A stretch of DNA of 64,000 nt. It comes from Camelus dromedarius (lineage: Eukaryota). Shown piece after piece: positions 1 to 21,699 of this stretch. Below the pieces are notes generated by a model. The model was not told the origin of the DNA and made no database searches. It worked only from the letters and a program-made list of their open reading frames with translations. Position 1 is the stretch's first letter. Every line of letters begins with the position of its first letter. The DNA is taken from contig NC_087444.1 of assembly GCF_036321535.1 (NCBI RefSeq), forward strand, positions 68,386,001 to 68,450,000. The letters run 5' to 3'. The translations under genes were made by a program, and so were the position numbers.

Positions 1-2859
1 ACAGCTGCTGTAATTCCAAGAACCAGTGGGGCCCAGGCTCTGGGTGAGACGGGCCTGGAGCATCATGTCCACTCTGCATCCCAGGCTACGGGCCCCGGGC
101 GAGTGGGGCACCCTCTCTGTGCCTCGTCTTCCTCATCTGTAACACCAGGCCCATAATGGCACCTTCCTCCAGGGTCAGGCATGCAGGTTGAATGAGGGAC
201 TCCCAGTCAGGTGCTTAGGAGAGGGGCCGGCACGGTAGGGGTTCAGTAAGTGTTGCTGCCGCTGTGATGGTGACCGGCGTTACCGAGCACTTCCTTACTG
301 TGTGCGCTGTCCCTGTCCCTGGGGCCAGGCCCCCAGTGCCTGTGTTCTCTGTGACTCCGTCTAAGAGCTCCAAGAAGCAGGTACTGTCATGGTCTTCCTT
401 TAACAGAGGAGGAAACTGAGGCACAACGCAGCTGAGCCACTGGTCCAGGGCCACGCGGTGAGCGCCCAAGGCAGGTGGGTCACCCCACTTCACAGGCACA
501 GAAAGTGAGGCAGCAGAGTGTGTGGCAGCGGCGGTGGCCGGCTCTGAACTTGCCCAGGAACCCCAGCGCCCACTCTTCACCCACCTTGCTCCTGGCACAG
601 GCCCCTACCTTTGTGTGGCAGCTCCTCTCCCTTCTCCTCTGCGGGCCCCATACAGTCCATATCTTGGGGACTTGGTGGGAAGGGGGCGGGGGCGGGGGTC
701 TGGTCAGGGGAACCGGCTGTGTTGGAGCTGCCCCAGGGTGGGGCTCCCGCCTGATCATTATAAACACAGTCAGTTCCTCTGTTTGTCCTGCCCTCCATGC
801 AGCGCCCAGAGGGAAGGGGTGGCCCCAGGCAAATATCCGGAGGTGTGCCCCTGAGTCCCCTTCGCCTGCAGTCGCATGCAGCTGGGGGCGGGCGGGCCAG
901 CTGCCATGCGCAGGCAGTGCTCAGGGCTTTATGGGTGGGGGTCCTGGGTTGGCTGCCCCATCTTCCAGGCTGCCTCCTGCGCACTCTGACTGGATCCTGA
1001 GCTCCTCCCTTCCCTGGGTTTAGTGAGGGGTTGTGTGGCTAATCCTATTCCTGAGGAGGGCTTGGAGCTGACTTGGTGCCCGCAGGCCCTGAGCTGGGGG
1101 GTGGAGGATGGGCAGGTCCAGTGAGAGAGGCCACAGTGAGTGAGGAGTGAGGCTGGGGCCAAACAGGGGCACATGTGGGAAGACAGAGGAGGTGATAGAA
1201 CATGGGGCGTAGACCTGGAGTGATAGCAGGGGTGATGGGGGAGGGTCGGGGTGTAGGGATGAGGCTAGGGGCTAGAACTGAAAGGGCCGAGGGCAGAGAA
1301 GCCTGGAGAGAAACAGAGTAGGTCAGGGCCACTAGTAGGTAGGCCAGGCCAGAAGCCTGGGAGCAGAGGACGGACAGTGTTCTGGGGGCCAGAATTGGGG
1401 AGAGACACTGAAGGGCTCCTGGCTTGGTAGGGATCAGAGAAGAGGCAGAGGGCCCCCACCCCAGCCAGGGCAGCCAGGGAAACTGGACCCGCTGGCAGAG
1501 CCCTGGCTCTGGCCACCTGCTGGCCAGGAGGTCCAGGCCAGTTGAGACAGGTTGGCTGCTGGGTCCCCACCCGCCTCCCGCTGGGCTCCCATTGCCAAAC
1601 CGGTTCTCCTGGCTGGCTGCCCACTGATAGTCCTGCCTCTGGGCCAGGGGTGGCAGCCTCTTCGTCCTCACCTCACAGAGCGGCTCCTACAGGAAAGAAG
1701 CCAGGAGGGGAACCAGGGGCTGCGGGGGCCACATCCCAGACACGCTCCTGAGCATCCTCACTGGGTCACAAGACTTACTGAGCTCGGGGCTGACCCTGTG
1801 CTGGGCACTGTGCCAGGCACTGAGGAGCCAGCCATGAACCAGACAAGATCCCTACCCAGTGCGTTTCCCCATGTTCTCTGGATCTCAGCTCACATGGCCC
1901 CTCTTCTGGGAAGCCTCCCCTCACCTCATCCGCATCCTGCCATCCCTCTGGGCTGGGTCTGGGACCCTGGGACCCCAGCCCCAATCACTCTGGGCTGTCT
2001 GTCCGAGGCTGGTCCATCACCGCTGTATCCCTGGCCAGCCAGCACAAGGCCGGGCACAAAGGAGTGAGTTATTACTGAATGAATGAATGGTGTTTTCTTC
2101 CCCTTTTACAGATGAGTAACCCGAAGCCCCAAGAGGAGACGTCACCTGCCAGAGGGCACTTCTAGCACAGCCAGCATCAAACCAGGTCTGTGGCATCCAG
2201 GGCCCCTATGTAGGACAGGGGAGCAGCGCCTGGGGCCCCTCCTCCTCGGGCGCTGCTCCGAGTAACCCTAATCATCAGAAGAGCAAACACCGAGAGGGCC
2301 CTCGCTCCTGCCCAGCCCTGCGCCCAGCCCTACTCATATTAACTCATTAATCCTCCCGGCAGCCCCATGGGAGTTGATCCGGGGCACAGCCAGTTTAAGT
2401 CACTTGCCCAGGGTCACTTGTAGTAGACGGCAGAGAGATTTGCACTCTAGCCATCTGGCTCCCCTGCCTGTCATTTCTCTGGTCCCGCTGTGGGGACACC
2501 ACCATCATGCATGTCCCCTTTGGCCCTTTTGGTTTTTAAATCAGATTTCAGTGTGCATTTATGCAGCCCCTGGTACTGCTCGGAGTACTGGAGTGGAGAC
2601 CACAGACTCTAAGGACAGGGACTGTTTGGTCTGTTAGTTTCTTTAATGAAGCGGATCTTTCCCTGCTATGTGATCTTGGTGAGGAACTTCCCTCCTCTGA
2701 GCCTTAATCTTCATCTGTAAAATGGGAATGTTGCAGTGAGGCTGCCTAGTGTTCACGCATAGGATGGGCTCAGTGACCATTTGTAGAACAGGTAACCAAA
2801 GGTGTGTGGTGTTCCTAGCCCAGAGTCCTGGCTGGGAAATCAAGGATGCTGGTGGCAGG

Positions 2860-3350
2860 TCTTTAGGAACCAGTCATTGAGCACACGCTGTGTGCCAGGC
2901 TTAGGGTGGGACATGTGGAAACTGGGCAGGTGAAACCTGGCCAGGGGTGCTGAGAGTCTAGTGATGGGGGTATAAATGTTGAATTAGTAAATACAAGATG
3001 GAACAGCAGAATTTCCAGAAATTAAGCATGCTATGAAATGATGTACTGGGAAGACAGTGGGGCACGGGGGCTTTTTTTCTTTATCAGGAAAGGAGTCACC
3101 AATGACTGACGCCTGAAGGAGGGGAGGGAGGGAGCCATGTGTGAATACCAGGGAAGAGTGCTCCCTGCAGAGGGAACCGCCAGTGCAAAGGCCCTGAGGT
3201 TTGGAAGCCAGTGTGAGCGAGAGGGAGAGATGAGAGCTGAGAGGTGGTGGGGCAGGTCTTGTGGAGTGGGCCACAAGTAGGACTCGACTTTCCTGAGTGA
3301 GGTGGAGCCCCAGGAGGGCTCTGAACAAGGGACCTGACTCGGGTGTTCAC
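2860..3350. mobile_element. Ancient LINE-2 fragment
   Basis: L2-like motifs: cattgagcacacgctgtgtgccaggc; gggaaccgccagtgcaaaggccctgagg. Confidence 0.55.
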
Positions 3351-3551
3351 GGGGTCCCTAGGCTGCATGTGGGGGGCAGACTGGACAGGGCAGGGGGAGC
3401 AGGGAGACCAGGGAAGGGAGGAGGGAGGACGGAGCGCAGGCAGGGCCAGAGGAAGGGGCAGAGATGGGCAGGTTCTGGTGAGCAGCCCCCTCCTGCAGGC
3501 CTGCCAGCCGGAGCCCAAGTCTACACCCTCGCGCGCTTAAAGCCTGGCACC

Positions 3552-12714
<9,163 letters not shown>

Positions 12715-13064
12715 GGCCCAGTGCCCCATCCCTGAACCAAAGAGCCCTTTGGGTCACCCCTGCCCTGCCAGAGGCCAGTGGGGAGCTGGCCCTGCTCCTC
12801 CCAGCCTGGGAGACACTCCGTGTGGCCCTGCCCTCCTTGCTGGGGAGTGTGTGGGACCCTACTACTGAACTCCGGTTTTGATTTTGTGACTTTTAAAAAA
12901 ACACAGGGACTTGTGGGAGCAAGTAAGGCTCCCAGGACCCCTGCCCCCACCCTCCGGGACAGGCCAGCCCCTGTGTTTTCCTGTCTCTAGGAAGGACAGG
13001 CAGCCCTCCCATCACTGGAACTCTGCATTGGGGGCCACCGGGGGTAGAGACAACACTACAAAAG

Positions 13065-13130
13065 GTGTGTGTGTGTGTGTGTGTGTGTGCACGCGTGTGT
13101 GTGCGCGCACGTGTGCGTGCACACGTGTGG
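13065..13130. repeat. (GT)n microsatellite grading into an alternating purine-pyrimidine palindromic tract in the PAK4 3'UTR
   Basis: gtgtgt...gtgcacgcgtgtgtgtgcgcgcacgtgtgcgtgcacacgtgtg seen directly. Confidence 0.9.
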
Positions 13131-13532
13131 AAGGGCCAGCGCCTCTGTCCTCCAGCCTGCAAGTGGGTGTCTCTGAGACCTCGCCTGACACACAGCCCCT
13201 CCCCCCCGAGCCACTACGGGGGGTCGATCATGAATGTCTGAAGAGTGGCCTTTTCCCGTCGCCCCGCACCCCTTTATGTGGCTGGTGGGGAGCAGGGGTC
13301 AGGGCGTCCTACCCACCCCCAGCCTCTGCAGAACATGACTACTGCACCTGGACAGCCTCCTCTTTTCTAGAAGTCTATTTATATTGTCATTTTATAACAC
13401 TCTAGCCCCCATCTGGGGACAGATGGTCTCTGTCCCACAGGGTGGCACCAGGGACAGAGCCACTGCTTGAAGAATCAGGTTCCTGGCCCCTCGGCGCAGC
13501 CCTGCCCTCCCCTCCCTCAAGTTAGTTTTACA

Positions 13533-13538
13533 ATTAAA
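13533..13538 (+). terminator. Probable PAK4 polyadenylation signal (ATTAAA)
   Basis: ATTAAA ~820 nt after the stop codon, followed by a T/GT-rich tract (cattttcttgttttgtgtgtg). Confidence 0.6.
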
Positions 13539-14589
13539 ACATTTTCTTGTTTTGTGTGTGTGCGGTGTGTGTAGAGGCCCCTCCCTGTCCAGACCATCTG
13601 GGGGGCGGGTGTGGATGGGGACAGGCTCTGGGGTTGGGAAAGGAAGGCCTGGCTAGCCCTGGGATTCCAGGCCAGCCGGGGCCAGGGCTGTGGCTGTGAG
13701 CGGGTGGGAGTTCAGGTCCAAGCAGCCCGTAACGCTCCCCATCGTGGCGGCAGGGTTGACACCCCTTGGGCCTGGAAGCAGCCAGTTTACTAATCCACAT
13801 CCCACGGTGACCAGTTTGCTGAATCTATGATTTGTTGGAGGCTTATTTTAAAGGTCACCTGGAGTGTGTTCAGTGCACAGGAACTGATTCTTGGTGAGTT
13901 GACGTTAAGAAATTGGTCAGCAGGCCGGTGAGCTTTGGGGGATTGGCTAAGGCAGATGGACATAGCGCTGGGGCTTCAGAGATAGTCCACTGGCCGAGAA
14001 CTTCCCTCCTGGCTGGGCCCCGGGGGCTGAGCTGAGCCTGGCTCTCAGTGACTAGGATAATGGAGAAAGGAGTCCGGCTGACAGGTGACAGCGCTGCTGC
14101 TGCGCTCTGGGCAGTGACTGCCCCAGGCCAGTGTGAACTTTGAGTGCATCCTCCCCAGGACCCTGAGAGGTGTCAAGGGCAGCAGCGGCCTCCTGGGGAC
14201 ACTGGGAGAGCGAGGAGCAAATCCCTCTCCCCAGAGCCCTCCCCAGTGTCAGGGACCTCAGCCTGGTTTGTGGGCGGGAAGTGTGTTGAAAGGGCTTAGT
14301 CCCGTCTCCACTGTCAGCACCCGCCCCGACGGCACACCTCCACAGGCCCTGAGTCCCCCAGGATTGGGCGCTGTTTCCATGACAGCCTGGCCAAGTCCAT
14401 GCATGAGCTGGATAGCTGATTACAGAGACTTAAACACCAGTGCGGGCAGCTGTTGCTATAGATGATGAGTGTGTTTGAGGCCTGGGTGAAGGGGGTACGT
14501 CTCTGGGAAAAAAACAAGCCAAAACTGGCGTAAGGAGAAATAGAACAGAAGAAAAGACCGAAATTCATCCCCCCACCCCAACACAGAAA

Positions 14590-14730
14590 GCTTCGAGCTT
14601 GAATGCGTTTACAAATGAGTTCTACCAGACGGATGGATCAGGTAATTCCCACCTTGTACAAGTTGTTCCAGAAAATAGACAAAGAGGATGGCTGCCTGGC
14701 TCATTTAGGAGGCTGGTATGCCCACGAGTC
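14590..14730 (+). mobile_element. Degenerate L1 ORF2 fragment
   Basis: gagttctaccagac...ttgttccagaaaatagacaaagagg...ctcatttaggaggc resembles the L1 ORF2 consensus. Confidence 0.5.
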
Positions 14731-15585
14731 CAGAGCCAGGTAAGGCTGGTGGAGGAGAGAACATCGCAGAGTCTCCGCTCACAGCCCCGGGGCACTGAGA
14801 GCAGCTCTAGGCTCAGGGACAGGAAGCACCTGCCCGCCTCATTACGTGGTGGGGGCAGGTCTGTCTGGCTCCACGGAGCCTGCAGCTTCAAGAATAGTTT
14901 TGGGTGGCATGAGGGCATCTCCAGACCCCTTGCCTCCCTCCAGCTGCTGCCACCCACACAGACGGGGTTCCAGGGTAGCAGTCGCCCCTCTAGTCGTTTT
15001 CCCTGGGGGATGGGGGAGGTTAATACAAGGGGTTGGTTACCAAGGCCCTGGGAAGTCTAGGGGAGCCAGAGGGCTAGTGACCCAGCCCTGGCAGGAGGCC
15101 GCCACCTCCCGGGGGCTGGAGGAACAAAAGGGTCAGTGGCACCACCTGAACCCTGAGGTCTGTTCAAGTCTCCGCCATGGCTGGAGCAGGGTGGCTCTCC
15201 CTGCTTCCCGCCCTCTGCTCCCACTCCCGTGCCTCCTACCGCGGGTACCTTACTGATTCCCACTGGCAAGGGAGTCAGACCAAGAGGGTTTTCAGGCTTC
15301 CAGCCTCTACAGAACAGGGGGCTCCTAGAAGGGCAAGTGTGGCAGAGCAGCAGCAGACATCTGCCCACAGCCAAGCAGCCTGGAGGACTCCCTTTGTCCA
15401 GGGGTTGGTTATTGACCAGATGTGGCGCCCCCTCTGGGCGGAGTGAGTGTTAACCTGCGCTGCAGCAGGTGCTGTAGGTGGTGGTCTGAACTGCAGATGC
15501 CCAAGAGGGGGAGTCAGAGATGTATTCACCCATAGATGAGACGTGTTTACAGAGACCCAAAATGAGTGATTGAAACAAGTCAGAC

Positions 15586-15760
15586 CGGTGGTTCTCAAAG
15601 TGCGGTTCCCAGACCAGCAGCCTCCCTGGGAACTTACTGGAAATGTGAATTCCTAGGCCCCACCCCAGGCTGAATCAGTGACTCTGGGTGGGGCCAGCAG
15701 TCTTGTATTTGAACAATCCCTCCCAGGGGTTCTGATGCCACTCAAGTTTGAGAACCACTG
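15586..15760. mobile_element. MER5A-like hAT-Charlie non-autonomous DNA transposon
   Basis: Terminal inverted repeats cggtggttctcaaa (15586-15599) and tttgagaaccactg (15747-15760), ~175 bp, typical internal sequence. Confidence 0.8.
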
Positions 15761-16542
15761 AGAGCTACAATTGTGTAAAAAGGCCAAGGAGTATGGGATC
15801 CAGCCCTGTTGGGTCAGCAAGGTCCTAGACCCCTTCCCTCTTGGGCTCCTCCATCCTAGGGTTGTTGCCTCTCCTACGTGAAGAGCGGGGCACTCCACTT
15901 CCCTTTAAGGACATGACCCAGAGGTTTCACCATTGCCCCTTTGGCCTGAGCTTAGTCACGCAGCCACGCCTGGCAGCAAGGCAGGTTAGGAAATGTAGTC
16001 TTTATTCTGGGTGGCTGTGTGTCTAACTAAAACTGTTACTGCAGAATTGTGACCTTCCATCCCTACTCTTCACTAGATTTGTCAAGCTTCACCCCAGAGA
16101 ACCCAGAGGCAGACCCAAGTGTATGCAGGAGCAAACTGATGGGGGGAAATAGATTGTTTGATAATAGTGTTGAGGAAATTGGTTCATTCTTTGAAGTAAA
16201 AACTGACTCCCTACCGAATACAACAAAAGGGAACCCAGTTCAGGGCAGTAGAGATATGAAAAATTTCTATTATCTCAGTTCTGTTGGACAGTGCTTCTCT
16301 AGCCAGATTAAACATCACCATGAAAGGTAAATTATAAAGTTGATAGAGGAAAATACTCGATGACCTAGGGGCAGAGAAGGTCTTCTTAAAGCCCCAAAGG
16401 AACACATTAAAGAAAAATAATCAATTTGATTTTATCAAAAATTTAAGTTTTTGTTCAAGGAAGGACATTGCGGGAAATGGAATAGGTTTCAGAATGGGAG
16501 AAGATGTTTACAAAGCCTAACACCTTCAAGATATTTCTTTAG

Positions 16543-17450
16543 GCAGTGTGCTCGGTGATCCTGCGGATCGTCTCTTGCTTCAACAGTGTTTGGACAGAAC
16601 AGACTCAGGGACGCCCCTTGCTCCAGCCTCCGACCACCCTTCAACGTTTTTTCTAGTTGAAACCTTCAGAAGCAGCCACTCTGCTATCCTCAGCCTCGGG
16701 GACCAGCCAACACCATTTTGTGAGCTTAACTCATTACCAATCAACCATGAGCTCCCAGATTCGTCAGAATTATTCCACCGAGTTGGAGGCTGCCGTCAAC
16801 CACCTGGTCAACATGCATCTGTGGGCCTCCTACACCTGCCTCTCTCTGGGTTTCTATTTCTGCTGCGATGATGTGGCTCTGGACGGCGTGGGCCACTTTT
16901 TCCGCGAATTGGCTAGGAGAAGCGCGAGGGTGCTGAGCATCTCTTGAAAATGCAAAACCAGTGTGGTGGCCGCAGCCTCTTTCAGAACGTGCAGAAGCCA
17001 TCTCAAGATGAGTGGGGTAAAAACCAGGACGCTATGGAAGCTGCTATTGTCCTGGAGAAGAACCTGAACCAGGCCCTTTTGGATCTGCATGCCCTGGGTT
17101 CCACCCACCCAGACCCACACCTCTGTGACTTCTGGGAGAGCCACTTCCTGGATGAAGAGGTGAAACTCATCAAGAAGATGGGCGACCACCTGACTCACCT
17201 CCACAGGCTGGCTGGTCCCCAGGCTGAGCTGGGCGAGTATCTCTCCCAAAGGCTCACCTCAAGCACGACTAGGAGCCTCTGCAACCCCGCGGCCTTTGTG
17301 GAGCCCCTCTGGTGTCAGCGCTTCTGCCTGAAGCCTCTCTCTGCGGTCACCAGGCAGCTTTTTAACCATCCTGGAGCCCTCTCCCAACCCTTGGACCACA
17401 TAGTAACAATAAAGCTTTTTGCAACAGCAAAAAAAAAAAAAAAAAAAAAA
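16543..17450 (+). pseudogene. FTL: Ferritin light chain processed pseudogene (intronless, near-full-length mRNA copy)
   Basis: 5'UTR with IRE; ATG at 16747 ([18 protein letters not shown]); 1-bp deletion near 16915 and a second near 17257; original stop TAG at 17270-17272; AATAAA at 17408-17413; A22 tail at 17429-17450; no introns. Confidence 0.95.
16570..16604 (+). promoter_or_regulatory. Iron-responsive element (IRE) carried by the FTL retrocopy
   Basis: C bulge at 16578, stem TTCAA 16579-16583, loop CAGTGT 16584-16589, stem TTGGA 16590-16594: canonical IRE geometry. Confidence 0.85.
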
Positions 17451-18599
17451 TTTAACGGGTAAAAGAGCAACCCTAACAGAAAAATGGGCAGAGGATATAA
17501 ACAGGCAATTTACAGAAAGAAAAAAATCCAAAAGGCCGATAGGAATATGCTCAGGTGCTTAAGCTCATCAGTGATCAGAGAAAAGCAAATTCAACAATGA
17601 GCTGTCATTTTTAACACGGCGAACCTAGTAAAAATTAGAAAGTCGGCCTTCGTCAACCGAAGTACTGCGCATGCGTATCTCCCAGTAATTCCGCTCTTGG
17701 GTGACTTCCCAAAGAAACTCTCCCTCTGGACCAGGACAGGGCGAGCACAAGGATATTCACCACAGCAGTGTTTCTGCCAGAGCTGAGAGCACCAGCAAGG
17801 GGCTCCTGTGCAGCCGTTGGGAGCCAGGGACCGAGTGTGCTCATAGGGAAGGATGAATGAAAGAGTGGTCTTGGGAGAAATAAAGGCCTGAAGGCCATGC
17901 TGAAGGTCTGTTATATAAGCAAATCGCAACCCCCTTTGGTGTGGACTGGGGCCTGGCCACAGGTATCTAAAATGAGAATTATCCAGGTGATTCTAACCCG
18001 CAGCCAGGATGGGGAATGGGAGAATGGCAGTTTGCCTCAGTAAGTCATTGTTAGCATCAAACCTCATGCCTGCCTCCAGCCAATGTCCCATGAGAAGGGC
18101 CCAGGGAATCATCTCACATCTTCCCTCATTTCACAGATGTGGAGACTGAAGTCCACGGAGGGAAAGGGCCTCGCTCAGGGTCTCACGGCTTACGAGGGCC
18201 AGGCTTGAAATCTCAGGTCCCTCACTGGCTTTTAGAGCCAGGCTTTGGGCTGGATGGTGGGACTGCAACAGCGAGCAGGACAGACCCGGTCCAGGAGGGC
18301 CAGGCAGGTGACATCGGTGGGGGTAGGGGGGTGGGAGGTGGTCGCACACACGCCCCTCTCAGGGTCAGTCACTTCTCAGGGCTCTGTGGCCTTGTGGGAG
18401 TTTGGTCCAATGATGCCAAATGTTCTGACTTTCCTCAAGAAATCCCCATTTTCATGTGAGAGCTCTTGAATCTTAAAGGCAGGCAACTAATTCAAACATA
18501 GTATCACGTGGGCCAAGCAAAATCAAGGTAGTAGTTAACATTTATCAAAGCCTTACCACCTCTGGTGCTTTGCTGAGCTCCTGGTATTACCTCATTTAA

Positions 18600-19065
18600 C
18601 CCTGTAGTGGATTGAAGAGTGTCCCCTTTCCCCCCACCAAAAAATCAGATATGTCCCTGTGGAACCTATGGATGTGACCTTATTTGGAAAAGGAGTATTT
18701 GCAGATGTGATCAAGGATCTTGAGATGAGACCATCCTGGCTTATCTGGGTGGGACCTAAATCCAGTGACAAGTGTCCTTAGAAGAGAAAAGCAGAGGGAG
18801 ATTTGAGACACCCAGAGAAGGCCAGGTGAAGACATGCAGAGATTACAGCGCCGTGGCCATGAGCTAAGCCACATGGGCAGCCACCAAAAGCTGGAAGAGG
18901 CCAGGAAGTCTTCTCCCCCTAAAGCTCCCGAGGGAGCAAGTCCCTGTTGACACCTTGATTTCAGGCTCCAGCTTCCAGAACGACAAGAGAAGACATTCTT
19001 GCTGTTTTAAGCCACCACATTTGTGGCAATTCAATATGGCAGCCCAGGAAACCAACGCTACCCTC
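18600..19065 (+). mobile_element. MLT1 (ERVL-MaLR) solo LTR
   Basis: tgtagtggattgaa...gtgaccttatttggaaaagg...gcagatgtgatcaag...tgttttaagccacc...atggcagcccaggaaacc matches recalled MLT1 consensus. Confidence 0.75.
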
Positions 19066-21699
19066 CTAGCAGCCCTCTGAGGGCTGTACCTTCCTTGTCC
19101 CAATTTACAGCTGGGAGATTAAGGACCAGAGACATGAAGTCACCAGCCTGAGGTCACACAGGAAGAAAGAGGCAGGGTTTGAAGCCAGGCACTTGGCCTG
19201 GAAGTCTTTCCTCTTCGTCATCACGCCACAGCCTCCTGAAGACTGGGCAGGGCTCCCCTCAATACCACACCTGAGGGACCCCTGGTCTGAGCAGGAAAGT
19301 GTCAACCCTGTCTTTTGGGGCTACCAGTCACAGCAACTAGGCCAGACCCCCAAAAAGGGACTCCAGAAGAAAGACAGTCACTCCTAGAGAAGACTGAGCT
19401 GTATTGAGGTTGGGGGACAAGATGGGGCAGCAAATAGTGTCCTGGCCTGTGGTTTGCGGAGGTGGGGACAGCTCAGAGCCTTTCCCCAGATGATCAAAGG
19501 CATCAGCAGAAGTTTGGGGACCACTGGGTTAAACAGAGTTAAACTCTCTCTCACTTTCTTCCTGCCCCATCTCTTCCCTCCACCTTTATTCCCAACTTTC
19601 TCTCTCTCTTTCAATCATTTAATCTTATTTAATATTTGAACAGGTAACCAAAGCCCATGGTACCAACTGTAAAGGCCCCCAAAAGGAATAAATTGCAAAG
19701 TCAACCTCCCTCCCTCCCCACTCCCAGACTCCCAGTCCCCTCCCCAGGGGCAGCCACTGATACAAGTTTCTTGTGTCTCCTTCCAGAAATGTATGCACAG
19801 ACCGGGAACTACCTACGTGCATATATTCATATATGTTCTACTTTGTGCAAATGTTAACATAATGGACACATCCTTCTACACCTCGCCTTGTGCTATCTAA
19901 TAGTGCATTCTGGTAGAGGAGGTGGGTCCCAGCTGGTACATAAAAGCAACCTCACTTCTGCTAATGACTGGGTGGTATTCTACGGTGCACATGAGCCATG
20001 ATTTATTGAAACAGCCTGAAATGATGGATGTTCAGGAAGCCCGTGGTTACTTGCTGTTCTAAACAATGCCCCAAGAGAGATCTTCATGCACTTTCCATTT
20101 GGTGCTGGGCAAATTTATTTGGTGTGCATATGCCTTGCGTCCTCCCCCACCTGCCCCTGGACTGTCACCTGGCCTCTGCCGCAGGTAATGCCTTCTGGCC
20201 CCTGACCCTCCCTCCCTGGAACTAGTCAACTCCACCCCAGTCTCCATAAGCGTCTCTCTTTTTGTCTGTCTCTATGCTTCAGCCTCTCCAGATCTCTCTG
20301 CCTCTCTTTCCTTCTGTCTGTCTTTATCTTCAATTCTCTACCTAGATAGCTGTCTTCATCTCTACACCTTCCCACCTCCTCCTCTTCTCCCTTTGTCCTG
20401 TCTTCATTTCCCTGGTTCTACCCTAGTTCATCCCTGCCTCTCTGTTGCCCCCTACAGGATGAATCTGGCTCAACACACATCCCTGCCTCAGCCCAGTGGT
20501 TTCTATCTGGGGGATGTGGTACCCAACCTAGCACAAATTTTTCCCACCCTCAACCCTCTCCTGACCTGGCTAGGATTTCCATCCCCTGCAGCCCTGGCGG
20601 AGAAACCACCATCTTCCCCTCCAGGCCCCAGTGCCTGCCCTCCTGGACCCCTGCCTTTCTCTCTCTGTACCAGCAGGATTGGGCCCTGGGATGCACAGAT
20701 GCTCCTGGGGGTGATCTAGTTTTGCAACAGGAGCTGTGGGAGCTAGACTTGGGCAGGTTGGATGTGGTTCCTGGGCTGGACAGAGCCTCATCCTCCTGTT
20801 CAGGGCCCAGCCTTCTTGCCCTCCTTGCTCAACAAACAGAGCGACCAGTCTGTGTCAGCCCTGAGCTGGGGACAAACAATAAACAAACCCACCCAAGGCC
20901 CTGCCCTGGTGAAGCTGACATTCTCACCGGGTGACACAGGTCATGACCAAGTGAACATACTCACATACTTAGAGGTATTTACAAATCACACTAAGTTCAA
21001 GAAAGAAAGAACTGGGTGTGGTGATAAAGAAGACGGGGGATGGGGGTGGGGGGGCAGGAATTGACCTTGGCAAGGGAGGGCCCAGCTGCCTTCTATGAAC
21101 CAGTAGGGAAGAATCAGGTAGAATAAAGCAAGAAGGGGTGTGCCTTCTGAAGAGGTGACATTTGAATGGAGATGAAGGTATCTATGGAGGCATGGAGTGG
21201 AAGGCCTTTTAGGCAGAAGAGACAGCATGTGCAAAGGTCCTGAGGTAGGCAGTTGGAGGGTCAAGGACCAGCAAAAATATGGGACTCACAGTAAGTGAGG
21301 AGGAAGGCATGGGCCATCTCAAGTAGTATGGTGGGGAAGAGATATCCCATCTTATAGATGGGACACTAAGGCTTGGAGAGAAGGAAAGTCCTTTGCCTGA
21401 GGACACAAAGGGAGAGGGTGAGGACTGTTGAGCTCAGGCAGCCTTGTGCTCCCCATCACTAGGACAGTGATTCTTAGTGTGGGGTCCCATTCCAGCAGCA
21501 TCAGCATCACCTCTTGGTCCCCCCCCCCCCCGCAGAACTACCAAATCAGAAGCTTGGGGTGGGCACTGGGGTGTGTGCCCAGCAGCCTGCATTCAATAAG
21601 CCCTCCAGAGGATTCCAACACACAAATATGAGAACCACTGAGCCAGACGCTCCTGCCTCTACAAGTTTTGGTCCTACCGTTTGAGGCACCCTTGCCCAC

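Larger units (their letters stand above)
16080..17800 (+). mobile_element. Old L1M ORF2/3' fragment interrupted by the FTL retrocopy
   Basis: L1-like sequence on both sides of the retrocopy is collinear (…gattttatcaaaatttaagtttttgttcaagg…gggagaagatgttt / …caaccctaacagaaaaatgggcagagg…tcatcagtgatcagagaaaagcaaatt). Confidence 0.6.

Noticed and set aside
16500-17470. Target-site duplication around the FTL retrocopy
   Set aside because: No convincing direct repeat was found beyond a trivial ttta, so insertion age cannot be inferred from a TSD.
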